A stretch of DNA of 64,000 nucleotides. Source: Bryobacterales bacterium. Its GTDB lineage: Bacteria; Acidobacteriota; Terriglobia; Bryobacterales; UBA6623. How positions within the stretch are numbered: position 1 is the first letter of the stretch; every line of letters starts with the position of its first letter. The notes beneath the pieces were generated by a model that was not told the origin of the DNA, did not search any database, and worked only from the letters and a program-made list of their open reading frames with translations. A program made the translations under genes and the position numbers. This document shows, piece after piece, positions 37,650 to 47,077 of this stretch. Location: contig OY729428.2 of assembly GCA_963422375.2 (NCBI GenBank), positions 960,001 through 1,024,000 of the forward strand, read 5' to 3'.

Positions 37650-40379
37650 TTACGCGGCCGCCTCGAAGCGCAGGGTCACGATCTCCCAAGCACCCATGTC
37701 GAACGAGGCGGCGTTTCCGCTCAACCGAACCTGCGGCGACGCCGCGGGCCGGCCGTTGAAATCGACCGCTATGCACGACGCGGCCCGCAGGGGCAGCTCG
37801 ACTCTGACCTCCCCGGCGCGCCCGGCCGTGTCGTGAAGCCTGACCTCGTGCCCGCCGTCCCGGACAAGCCAGCTCGATGCCGCGACGCTGGCCGGTTCGG
37901 CCCCCAGGAAGCTATTGCGCTGCGGGAGATCCGCCCCCGCCCGGCTGTAGACATGCCGGGACGAGCAGGGATGGATCAGCTCGTCCGCGACTTGGGGAAT
38001 TCGCGCCTCGCGCCAGTCCCCGCCATGGGGCACCAGCGAGTAGCGGAAGCTGTGCTTGCCCTGGCCCGTGAAATACCGGTTCGCGAAGCGGTTCTCCATC
38101 TCGCCGCGCGGCACGATCGTCATCATCAGGATGTGTTCGAGCGAGCGCGTCTCGGGATGGAACAGCCAGCCCCGCTTGCCCTCGGCTCCCAGCACGGACA
38201 GGCCCTTGCCCGGCCCGCTGTAGTCGACCCAGTGGTGGGCGAAGAACACGTTCCTGCGCAGCAGTTCCTCGTTCGGGTCCGTGCCGTCGCCCCACGGCTC
38301 GCCCGACAGGTCGCGCGGCTCGGCACCGAACGGGATGCCCGCCGTGGGTATCGCGTCGAAGTCGAATACGACGTTGGCCGCGAAGTACCCGGAGCCCCCG
38401 GCGCTGTCCAGTTCGCAGAGGAAGTCCACGCGCTCGGTAGCGTGATTCAGCGAGACCGTCAGGTCCACGCCGTGCCCCCCTATGAGTCCTCGCATCCTGG
38501 CGGACGAGCGAAGCGCCCCGTCCTCGGTCAGCCTCCAGTCGCCGCCCTCGATCCGGTCTTCGCCCGTGACCGGTCCCCCATGCCAGGGCCAAGGGTCTTC
38601 GTTCCTGTAGTAGACCGGGTTGCCTGCGCCTAGATAGCTCGCGCCTCGGCGCTTGTCGGCGATCTGGCGAATCCCCTCCGTCCCCAGTTCGACCTTGAGG
38701 AACTCGTTCTCGAGCGCGGTCACCGGCGCGTCTGGATAGGCCGGCTCCTCGTCGCCCTCGGCACGGACCACGCGCACGGTGGCGTAGCCGAGTGCAGGCA
38801 CCTCGATGTCAGCCAGAAGCCACGCTTCCTTGTAGGTGTTCTTCGCGCCCGGCGGCAGGTGCTCGCTGGAGTTGTTGAAGTGGCGCACCCGCAGGAGCTG
38901 ATGGCGCAGTTGCCTGCCGTTCGGGTCGAGGAGCCTCAGCCTCGTAACCCTCGGCTCGGCGAAGACCGCCTTGATTTCGAGCGGCCCCCGCCGCTCCCAA
39001 GCCAGCGGGTTGAACACCGCGATCGTCTGGGCGTCCGCTTCGGACCGGATGCGATGCGTCAGGCGGCGCATCGCGTCGCTGCGCAGCCTGCCGGCCTGAA
39101 ACGTCACGTTCCGTCCGACTTGGATGGCGTCCGGCATGTCCTCGTCGCCGACGTAGAGGCCGTCGTGCGGGTAGAGCTTCAGCGCCTCGTACCAGAGTTC
39201 CTCGATTCTGGACTCCGGGTAGGCCGCCCCGGCGCAGGATGCGAGGGAACTGTAGACTTCCGCCTCGACGAGCTCGTGGTTGACGCGGTCGCGCCAGTTG
39301 TCGAGACCGCGGCTCCCGCACTGCCCGTACCAGAACGGCCATCCGACAGGGTCGATCGGCCCGCTGAAGCGCGGCACTCGCGAGCGGACCTTCTCCAGCT
39401 CGGCGAAATACTCGGTCGGCGTCGCGAACCGCAGCGGCGTGGTTTCCCGGCCCTGCCACGCCCTGACGAATCCAGGCAAGTCCAACGCCGGCTCCCCGTC
39501 GGCGTCGACGCTGTAGGTCGGGAGCGAGAGCGGCAGGGTGTGGTCCAGCCCGACCGGCACCCAGATCACGTTGGTGTCGCTGGCCGGCATCAGGAAGCGG
39601 AGCGCCGAATCGTAGAGCGCCCGCACCGCGCCCTCCCAGTCGTCCCGGTAGGCGTTGAGCTCGGCGAGATAGCCGCCGGGACCCTTCCCCATGCCCCACC
39701 CGCCCGCGAGCCAGCCGTACGGGCCGTAGGTCAGCATCACGCCGCTGCCGTCGAGGCCCTCCCAGACGAACTCGCGCTTGTAGCCCTTGCGGTCGAGCGC
39801 CCAGATGGGCCGGGTGAAGCGGTAGTAGCTGTAACCCGCCTTGCGCAGGATCTGCGGCATCTGGGTGTGGCCCGGGTGTATGTCGATGAAGCACGCCACG
39901 TCGAGCTTCGCGTCAGGAAACTCCCGCTCAAAGAACTTCCGGCCCAGCGTCAGGTTGCGGATCACGGCTTCGGGCTCGTTGAAGGGGTTGTCGTTATTGG
40001 CCACGCTGCCGGCCGCGATGCCGACGCGTCCAGCCTTCGAGAGCTCCTTGAGTTCGGCGAGCACCGCGGGCTTCAGCTCGGCGGTGCGGTCGATGCGCTC
40101 CAGCTTCACGTCGATGAACCACTTGAAGTTCTCGTCCCGGCGCATGATCTCGACGGCCCGTTCGTCGATGAGCGCGGCGCGCTCCCAGTGCCAGGCTTCC
40201 GACGCGAACCAAGAGAAGTCGTTGTGGCTGTAGGGGACGAGCAGGATCTTCGCCCCGGCGAGCTTCTCGCGGACCTGCTCGTAGGACTCCGACTCGGAAT
40301 CCCCCACCTGAGCCGCGGCTTGGGCCGCGGCACCGAGCAGCGCCATCAGGCCTAGGAACTCGCGACGGTCCACCGACAT
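37650..40379 (-). CDS. Tat-exported GH38-like glycoside hydrolase
   Basis: RREFL Tat motif; YSHNDFSW, EAVIRNLTLG, DIHPGHTQMPQIL, FVWEGLDGS, GLDH, PHD, VFNPLAWER, VPALGY, LENEFL. Confidence 0.8.
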   Translation of the reverse strand: MSVDRREFLGLMALLGAAAQAAAQVGDSESESYEQVREKLAGAKILLVPYSHNDFSWFASEAWHWERAALIDERAVEIMRRDENFKWFIDVKLERIDRTAELKPAVLAELKELSKAGRVGIAAGSVANNDNPFNEPEAVIRNLTLGRKFFEREFPDAKLDVACFIDIHPGHTQMPQILRKAGYSYYRFTRPIWALDRKGYKREFVWEGLDGSGVMLTYGPYGWLAGGWGMGKGPGGYLAELNAYRDDWEGAVRALYDSALRFLMPASDTNVIWVPVGLDHTLPLSLPTYSVDADGEPALDLPGFVRAWQGRETTPLRFATPTEYFAELEKVRSRVPRFSGPIDPVGWPFWYGQCGSRGLDNWRDRVNHELVEAEVYSSLASCAGAAYPESRIEELWYEALKLYPHDGLYVGDEDMPDAIQVGRNVTFQAGRLRSDAMRRLTHRIRSEADAQTIAVFNPLAWERRGPLEIKAVFAEPRVTRLRLLDPNGRQLRHQLLRVRHFNNSSEHLPPGAKNTYKEAWLLADIEVPALGYATVRVVRAEGDEEPAYPDAPVTALENEFLKVELGTEGIRQIADKRRGASYLGAGNPVYYRNEDPWPWHGGPVTGEDRIEGGDWRLTEDGALRSSARMRGLIGGHGVDLTVSLNHATERVDFLCELDSAGGSGYFAANVVFDFDAIPTAGIPFGAEPRDLSGEPWGDGTDPNEELLRRNVFFAHHWVDYSGPGKGLSVLGAEGKRGWLFHPETRSLEHILMMTIVPRGEMENRFANRYFTGQGKHSFRYSLVPHGGDWREARIPQVADELIHPCSSRHVYSRAGADLPQRNSFLGAEPASVAASSWLVRDGGHEVRLHDTAGRAGEVRVELPLRAASCIAVDFNGRPAASPQVRLSGNAASFDMGAWEIVTLRFEAAA

Positions 40380-40456
40380 CCCATACAACCTACCGCAACC
40401 GATCCGCGGCCTGCCCTTCGCCGGCGACCGCGCCCGTCTAGGCTCGACGCAAGAAT

Positions 40457-41374
40457 CTAGGCCTCGGCCCCGCCCACGACTCGCAGCACCCGGTCCACGA
40501 GAAACCGCGCATGGGCGTCGGTATGGGGATCCGGGGTGAGCGTGGCCTCTCGCACCGTGCCGCAAGCGAGGATTCCGCGCCGGCGCAGCAGTTCCTTTTC
40601 CATGAAGAGCAGCAATTCCATGTTCTGCAGGCTGAACACCAAGTAGGGCAGGATTCTCTCGAAAAGGTCCGATGCCTCGCCCGCCTTGCCGGCGAGCGCG
40701 AGATCGAAGGTGCGCTGGAGCACGTCGGCCACGCCTAGCGCGGGCATCGCGCCGCAGATCCCGGCCTCGATGCCTTCCAGCAGGTACAGGCCACCCCATC
40801 CCTCGAGGACCTGCACCGCGCCGCGGGTCTCGTCAAGTATCTCGACGACCCGCGGCGCCATCAAGGGCTGCTCCAGCTTGAGGTAGCGGAACTGCGGGTA
40901 GGCCTCGTTCAGGCGGCGGGCCAGCGCCGCGGTGATCGTCTGTCCGCCCGGATTGAAATCCTGGACGAGCACGGGAAGGGACGTCGAACCGAACACGCGA
41001 TCGAGGAACCGGTACACGTCGCGCTCCGAAATGTCGAACATCCGCGGGATCGCAACCGAGATGAGATCCGCGCCCAGCTCCTCGTTCCGAGACGCGATTT
41101 CGCCCGCCAGCGCCGCGGAGTGATGGTTGGACTGAGCGAGAATCCGAACCCGGCCGCGTGCGGCCGCTACCGCGGCTTCGACCACTTGGTAGCGCTCGTC
41201 CATCGAGAGCTTGTAGAACTCGCTGGCGTACGCCGGCAGGCAGGCGCCGCTAAAGGCGCTGGCCACGCAGAACCGAACGGCGCGCCTCAGCGAGTCCAAG
41301 TCCAGATCCTGCCCGCCCGGACCGAACGGGGTCGGAAGTACCGGGACGATTCCGGAAAGCTCTGCGTCCTTCAT
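40457..41374 (-). CDS. Dihydrodipicolinate synthase/class I aldolase-family protein
   Basis: GIVPVLPTPF, ASEFYKLSMDER, RYLKLE (Schiff-base Lys), GICGAMP. ATGA overlap with the SDR. Confidence 0.88.
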   Translation of the reverse strand: MKDAELSGIVPVLPTPFGPGGQDLDLDSLRRAVRFCVASAFSGACLPAYASEFYKLSMDERYQVVEAAVAAARGRVRILAQSNHHSAALAGEIASRNEELGADLISVAIPRMFDISERDVYRFLDRVFGSTSLPVLVQDFNPGGQTITAALARRLNEAYPQFRYLKLEQPLMAPRVVEILDETRGAVQVLEGWGGLYLLEGIEAGICGAMPALGVADVLQRTFDLALAGKAGEASDLFERILPYLVFSLQNMELLLFMEKELLRRRGILACGTVREATLTPDPHTDAHARFLVDRVLRVVGGAEA

Positions 41375-42135
41375 TTGGGGGCCGATGCGGCACCGACCAT
41401 GCAACCGCCATCGCAGGTGATGGTAGTGCCGGTCAGGTAGTTCGAGGCGTCCGACACGAGAAAGCCGACCACATCCGCGACGTCCTCGGCCTGCTGGATC
41501 CGGCCCAGAGGGATCAGGCTCAAGAACTCCTCGCGGAACTCCGGGAAGTCCCGCAGCTCCCTAGCTGTCAGGCCGGCCTCGACGATGCCGGGAGCGATGG
41601 CGTTGACAGTGATTCCGTGGGGGGCCAGCTCGAGCGCGGCGCAGCGCGCCAGCATCCAAACGCCCGCCTTCGAGACGCAGTACGGGGCGATGAGCTTGTA
41701 CGGGACGTCCTGCACCCAGGAGCCGGTGAAGATGATCTTGCCCTTGCAACCCGCGTCCACCCAGCGCTTGGCCACCTCCTGCGTGACATGGAAGTAGCCG
41801 TCGAGGTTGACGGCCATATGCCGGTCCCATTCCTCGACCGAGTAGTCCAGGAACGGCACGTTCATGGCGATCCCGGCGTTGCACATGCAAACGTCGAGGC
41901 GGCCGAAATCTTCCCAGACTCGAGCCAAGGCGTCGCGCACCGCCTGCCTCCTAGACACGTCCGCCCTGACGAAGAGGACGCGCGCGCCCTTCGCGCGCAG
42001 GGCCTCGACCCGCTCGGGGCTCTCCTTGATATCGAGCAGGACCACGTCCAGGCCCATCGCGACCATCTTCTCGGCGCTGGCGTAGCCGAGATCGCCCACG
42101 CCGCCGGTGATCAACCCTACTTTCCTTCCGTCCAT
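41371..42135 (-). CDS. Short-chain dehydrogenase/reductase (sugar/sugar-acid type)
   Basis: ITGGVGDLG, NAG, YCVSK, VNAIAPG, DGG. Confidence 0.92.
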   Translation of the reverse strand: MDGRKVGLITGGVGDLGYASAEKMVAMGLDVVLLDIKESPERVEALRAKGARVLFVRADVSRRQAVRDALARVWEDFGRLDVCMCNAGIAMNVPFLDYSVEEWDRHMAVNLDGYFHVTQEVAKRWVDAGCKGKIIFTGSWVQDVPYKLIAPYCVSKAGVWMLARCAALELAPHGITVNAIAPGIVEAGLTARELRDFPEFREEFLSLIPLGRIQQAEDVADVVGFLVSDASNYLTGTTITCDGGCMVGAASAPK

Positions 42136-42162
42136 TCGCGTTCGTCTCCGTGTGCCGACACC

Positions 42163-43704
42163 CTACTGCTCGCCCGTCAGCTCGATATCGACGTCCTGCC
42201 CGTCCTCGGCCCCGAGGATGCTCGCCACTTCGTACGGCCAGGCGTGGCGGTCGAACCGCTCGGCCGACTGCCGCTTCGGCCAGCCCGACAGCGAGGCGCG
42301 CCGGGGCCGGTCGAGGAGGTAGTTCGCGTAGATCGCGCGGGCATGCTCCCGGTGCGGGGCGACCGCTTCCGGCGTGTAGCGGTACTTCTCGAGGCGTTCC
42401 GGGTCGAGGCGCTGGCCGTGGCCAGGAGACTCGCCGAGGCGCAGGTGCCCGCCCTTCCAGTCGAACTGACCGCCCTCGATCACGTCGTCGCTCACGTGGA
42501 TCGTCTCGTTGTCTATCGGATGGCAAGGTCGCGGCGCGCGGCCCATGTAGATGCCCGCCCGCTCCGGTTCCGGCAGGACCGCCGAGGCCAGGGCGGCGCG
42601 AAACGCCAGCTGCGAGCAGAGCTCGAAGTTGCTGTGGATGGCCAGGTGCAGCCCCATGAACTTAGCAAGCTGGACGAAGCGCCACAGACCCCAAGGACCC
42701 AAGTTGATGTCCGGCACCGCCACGTCGGCCCCCTCGTAGCGCTCTAGCATGTACCAGTCGGGCTCCCACCGATTCGACATCGGGCTGGCGCCGCGAGGAT
42801 GGATGATCGGAGGCCACCAGTGACACGAGAGCGGAGTGCGCAATTCCGCCCGCAGCGCGGTCATGCGCCGGTAATAGTACTCGGACTGAAAGCCGCCGCG
42901 GCCGGGGCGGCGCTCGCGCGGGGCCTGTCCCGGCGGATAGAACCGCTGCGGCAGCAGGGAGTGTACGGGCTGCTCCGCGTACTCGAGGTCGCAGGAGTCG
43001 ACGGCGTGCAGGATGCGGCGAGCCTCCTGGTAGTTCCAAGTCCCGTGAGCGTCGATGCGGATGGCCGTCTCGTGCCCGACCGCCTCCCGGATCCTGTGGA
43101 TGAGATCGATGTGGTCCTCCGGCTGGTAGGCCGTCATCGAGACCTTCACGGCGGGGAAGCCCTCGCGCGCCCGGGCAGCCGCGTAATTCGGCCAGGTGTC
43201 GTGGGTGATGGCGTCGCGTCCGTTCCGGTCGGCGAATCGCTGCCACGTATAAGCGGCCATGGGCACTCGATCCGGCGGGTCGAACTCGGCTTCGAACAGC
43301 TCGGCCCACAGGCGATGCAGCGGCCTGTCGAGAACCTGGCCGACGAGGTCCCACCAAGCCATGAACAGAGGCTCTTCCAAGTCGGCGTCCAGCAGGTTGC
43401 GGCCGGGCTGGCTCTCGAGGGCGGCCAGGCACCTGCGGGCCCTGGCGTCCAGGTCGACGGACCATTCGCCGGTTCCGACGAGACCTTCCTTGGTGCATAG
43501 CTCGACAAATGCCCAAGAGACGGCCGGCAGCGCCTGCCAGCCTGGCGTGTAGACACCGACCATCGGAACAAGCACCTTGTGGATCCGGGCTTCCTCGAGC
43601 GCGAGTCGGTGGGGGGCCAGCTTGTCGGCCAGATTCTCCCGGAATCGCACTACGCGACGCTTGAGCAGCGAATCGAACTCGCGAACATCGTCTAGGCAAA
43701 GCAA
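42163..43704 (-). CDS. Enolase-superfamily (mandelate racemase/glucarate dehydratase-like) enzyme
   Basis: GLVGTGE, MAWWDLVGQVLDRPLHRL, GFPAVKV, IRIDAHGTW, YAEQP, AIHSN, PGHG. Start codon uncertain. Confidence 0.78.
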   Translation of the reverse strand: MLCLDDVREFDSLLKRRVVRFRENLADKLAPHRLALEEARIHKVLVPMVGVYTPGWQALPAVSWAFVELCTKEGLVGTGEWSVDLDARARRCLAALESQPGRNLLDADLEEPLFMAWWDLVGQVLDRPLHRLWAELFEAEFDPPDRVPMAAYTWQRFADRNGRDAITHDTWPNYAAARAREGFPAVKVSMTAYQPEDHIDLIHRIREAVGHETAIRIDAHGTWNYQEARRILHAVDSCDLEYAEQPVHSLLPQRFYPPGQAPRERRPGRGGFQSEYYYRRMTALRAELRTPLSCHWWPPIIHPRGASPMSNRWEPDWYMLERYEGADVAVPDINLGPWGLWRFVQLAKFMGLHLAIHSNFELCSQLAFRAALASAVLPEPERAGIYMGRAPRPCHPIDNETIHVSDDVIEGGQFDWKGGHLRLGESPGHGQRLDPERLEKYRYTPEAVAPHREHARAIYANYLLDRPRRASLSGWPKRQSAERFDRHAWPYEVASILGAEDGQDVDIELTGEQ

Positions 43705-44076
43705 GGCCGGGCTACCTATTCATCGGCGGGCGCGACGCGACGCGTTCGCTTCAGCCCACCGCCCGCCGCCGGCGGGCCTGCGCCCGAGCAACTGGGAGAC
43801 TCTCCTGACAGCACTGCAAGGACGGGCCGCGACCCTCGGCTTGCGCGGGAGGCGAATCGGCGGGCAACGATTCCGCGACCCGCCTTAGGGTACGACAGAT
43901 CGCGGACACGACGCAGGCCGAGCCGACGAAACGGCCAGGAGTCAGGCTGCGGGCTTCCAGAGCACAAGCCTGAGCTGCCACACGCTCCGAAGCGCGGCAT
44001 GCCCAGATGCAAGGCGCACTGCGGCAGAGCCTGCAGGAGGCATCGTCCAAGACCCGTAATCAAGACCGCAAGGCGA

Positions 44077-45042
44077 TCACTCGGCGAGATACCGCTCGAG
44101 CTTTGCCTTCGCGTCGCGGAAGAAGCCTGTCAGTTCCTCGACGTCCCCGCCGATCTCGAAGACCAGCAGGCCTTGGTAATCGATCTCGCGAAGTTTGGCG
44201 ACGAGGCGCGGATAGTCGACGAAACCGTGGACTAGGGGCTTGTGCTCGCTCCACGTCTCGGGTTCGATGTCGTGGACATGCATGTGGAAGACCTTCGAGC
44301 CGAGCTCGTCGATGATCCGATGCGTGATGTCGTTGTACGCCCGGATGCCCTTCGGAGTGCCGCGTTGCTCGGACGTTACGACCGCGGTCAGTTCCGCGTA
44401 GTCCTTTTGGTGCCCGACGTCGATGGTCGCGCCGACATGCTCGTGGTCTATCTCCCGGATCAGTCGGACGAACTCGCGCACAGACTGCGGGTAGCCAGTC
44501 TCGATCGCCAGCCGGAATCCCAGATCACGCGCCCGGTCCCCCCACCGCCGGAACTCGCGCACGAGCATGGGCCAGGCCTGCTCGAGGGAAATGTGGGCGG
44601 ATCGCTGCACGTGAATGTTGGCGACCTCAGCACCCACGAAGGCGGTCGCCTCCAGCGCCGTGTCGATCCGGCGCACACCGTACTCGTGGGACGCCCCGTA
44701 GGTCGAAAAGTAGGGGGTGTCGACCCACGGAAGATGAGTCGACACGTAGCGGAATGGATGGAGCGCGGCCTTGAGCCGCTGCCGGTCCTCGCTCGTCATG
44801 CGGTCAAACTCGAATCCCGGCGGCATGCCGGGCCGGGCCGCAACCGAGCCCATAGGGTGAAGCTCAATGGTCTGGAATCCCAGACCGTGCAAGATGCCGA
44901 TCGACCGGTAGAGGTCGTAGCCGGGGTAATAGGGGTTCGCGCCGATGACGTCGGGGTCGAGGCCGCGCCCCGCCGAACGGGCAGGCAGGACGGCGAGGCC
45001 CGCGACGGCAGACTGCAGAAAACGGCGTCGACTGGACTTCAT
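44077..45042 (-). CDS. Tat-exported sugar phosphate isomerase/epimerase (xylose-isomerase-like TIM barrel)
   Basis: SRRRFL; LAIET, ATIDVGH, HMHVHD, GFVDY, YQGLLVFE. Confidence 0.88.
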   Translation of the reverse strand: MKSSRRRFLQSAVAGLAVLPARSAGRGLDPDVIGANPYYPGYDLYRSIGILHGLGFQTIELHPMGSVAARPGMPPGFEFDRMTSEDRQRLKAALHPFRYVSTHLPWVDTPYFSTYGASHEYGVRRIDTALEATAFVGAEVANIHVQRSAHISLEQAWPMLVREFRRWGDRARDLGFRLAIETGYPQSVREFVRLIREIDHEHVGATIDVGHQKDYAELTAVVTSEQRGTPKGIRAYNDITHRIIDELGSKVFHMHVHDIEPETWSEHKPLVHGFVDYPRLVAKLREIDYQGLLVFEIGGDVEELTGFFRDAKAKLERYLAE

Positions 45043-45074
45043 GGGATGGACTCCGATCACTCGAGGCCTGAATC

Positions 45075-45330
45075 CTCGACGCCGCACCGATGCAAGGGGT
45101 TGCGCGTCGGGGCCTGTATCTTCGGATCCTCTGACGGCACCCGCCGCACCCGATGCAACCGACGTGGAGCACCCTCGCGCCTTGAGGCCGCTCCCAGTAT
45201 GTCATCTCCGCTCAGACGACGTGCTCGAGGCGTTCCCACCGGCCGAATGAATCGATTCCGCGCGTGGACTCGTGGACGATTCACGCTAGCAGCGCGATGC
45301 CGGGCCCCCGTCGGCGAGCTCTCCGCATCA
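45075..45330 (-). pseudogene. Degenerate second copy of the 3' end of the dimethylformamidase-like gene
   Basis: Aligns by eye with 51325-51570: RGIDSFGRWERLEHVV*AEMTYWERPQGARVLHVGCI versus RGIDYFGRWEPLEHGVYAEMTYWERPRGGRVFHAGCI. Confidence 0.85.
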
Positions 45331-45559
45331 AGTGGATCCCTTCGAGGACGAAGCGATCACCCTAGCCTACCTAGCGGTCGCGCCTTGCGGCCTCGCGACC
45401 GCGGGCGTCCTGGTCTTGCGCGCTGGTCGGTTCGAACCTGCGGGAGCTCTGCGGCACGGCTTCCACCCTCTGGGCCGCCTCATCTGGCAAGTCACTGGAG
45501 CCAAGAAGAGTCGGATGACGCGTTTGCCTCGTCACTCTGGCCTCAACGGCACGCAATGT

Positions 45560-45946
45560 CACCGACCATGTCAGTGCGGCGATTGGGCGAAAGCAGCAGC
45601 GATCGAATCCTGCGAGCGAAGGAGCGCCGGTCCAAGGCACCGTTTCACCGTCTACGTCGGCATAGCGGAACTCGACGGCGTGTGGGCTCAGCCGCAAGTC
45701 TACGTACGCGTCTATGACTACACCCTTCTTGCGCAGGAGGTGGGCAAGGCGCTCGAGGTCCTGTGCAAGGCGATAGACCAGTCCAAGCATCGCGATCCAA
45801 GCGTTGAACAGCTTCTCCACGGCCTGCTAGGCGTGGAATCCGGCCGCCTCGTCCGCGAAAGAACACTGGACCCTGATGCCCTCCAATGTGCGCAAGTCGC
45901 ATTTAGCAATGGCAGTCAGAATTCGGGCACACTCAAGGTCGCCCAT
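45560..45946 (-). pseudogene. HEPN-domain protein with premature stop
   Basis: MGDLECARIL...GFHA*QAVEKLFNAW...QDLERL...PHAVEFRY; TAG at 45827-45829; overlaps the MNT gene end; 3' end approximate. Confidence 0.8.
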
Positions 45947-46268
45947 ACAGGATTCGCCTTTTCCGCAAGGCCCGCGCGAGGACGTGATTCAGTGAATCCC
46001 TCCTGTACTCGATGTCCTCTCGACTGTACACGAGAATGTCCTTCGCCGCGCCGAGACCGGCGAGCGCTCCGTAGATACGCACGGTTTCCCGCCGACGGCT
46101 GCAGTTCCGGCCAAATGGCTCTGCTTCCACAACAATCGGGTCAACGTCAGAATCCGGGCGCTCGTCACCCTTGGTGCGTGACCCGAACAGGATGACCTGT
46201 TCGGGATCCATCCCGGCGACAATGGCACGCACCATCCGAACGAGCATGGAATCCGTTACAGCAGTCAT
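45933..46268 (-). CDS. Minimal nucleotidyltransferase (MNT) of an MNT-HEPN pair
   Basis: VILFGSRTKGDERPDSDVD motif; KDILVYS. Confidence 0.8.
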   Translation of the reverse strand: MTAVTDSMLVRMVRAIVAGMDPEQVILFGSRTKGDERPDSDVDPIVVEAEPFGRNCSRRRETVRIYGALAGLGAAKDILVYSREDIEYRRDSLNHVLARALRKRRILYGRP

Positions 46269-47077
46269 TCTCACCGCTCCGCCTTATCCGGCGACGCGGG
46301 GCTGCAAGGCGCACATTCCTTATCTTGGCCCAGCTGTACCGGACAGTGCCATTGCCGTCGCTCGTCGAGACATCCAGCAGCACGGGTGCGGGAGCGGCCA
46401 GAGTCTGGGGTCGGCCCCGCATCGACTCATCTTGCCCCTCAAGTGCCGGCGTGGCGCAGTCCTCCGTGTCTCACGCGGGCCGAGTCCGCCGCATCGTGGC
46501 AGTTTCCCGGGTGCGGTCAAGGTCTTGAGGTTGGTTCGCAGAGTTCGTCGCGACGAGACCTGCGGTGTCCCAGCCGCGTCACGTTCCTCCCGATCATCTA
46601 CGACGGTTGGCCTCTCGCGTGATTGCGCTGGCCGCCGTAGGAGTCGAGGGGGCGGTTCGTCCTGTTCCGTCGACTCCCCGAACCGAGGCGCGTCAGCTAC
46701 AACCGGACAGGCCCGTAGTCAGTGGAAGGCGCCGCCTCAGTGAACCGTAGCCGCCCGCCGGGGAGGATTCCGGTAGCCCAAGCGCAGGAGCGTCGGCTCG
46801 ACATGCCCGCAAGAGCCTCGCTCTGGCTCGCCGGTGGGACCCCGTCGGCCTGGCAAGGCCCGCCCTCGCGTATCAGGCCACGCCCAGACCCAACGCAGCC
46901 TTGCCGTAATCGGACCGAAGCACGCCGCGTCGCAGGGACCGATTCGACGCGAGCAGATTTTTTGCAGGAAAATTTGTCGGTCTAGAATCTCCGATTGTAT
47001 CCATCCCCTTTATTTTCAATGGTGTGGAGAGATCCTGCGAGGAGAGATTTCTTGCACTATTTTTTGCGATACTCTGA

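Noticed and set aside
43716..44063. 115-aa ORF between the TIM-barrel and enolase genes
   Set aside because: Low-complexity Arg/Gly/Ala translation without an RBS or motifs
46280..47070. Short ORFs upstream of MNT and Fic
   Set aside because: No family assignment possible; candidate promoter boxes have the wrong spacing
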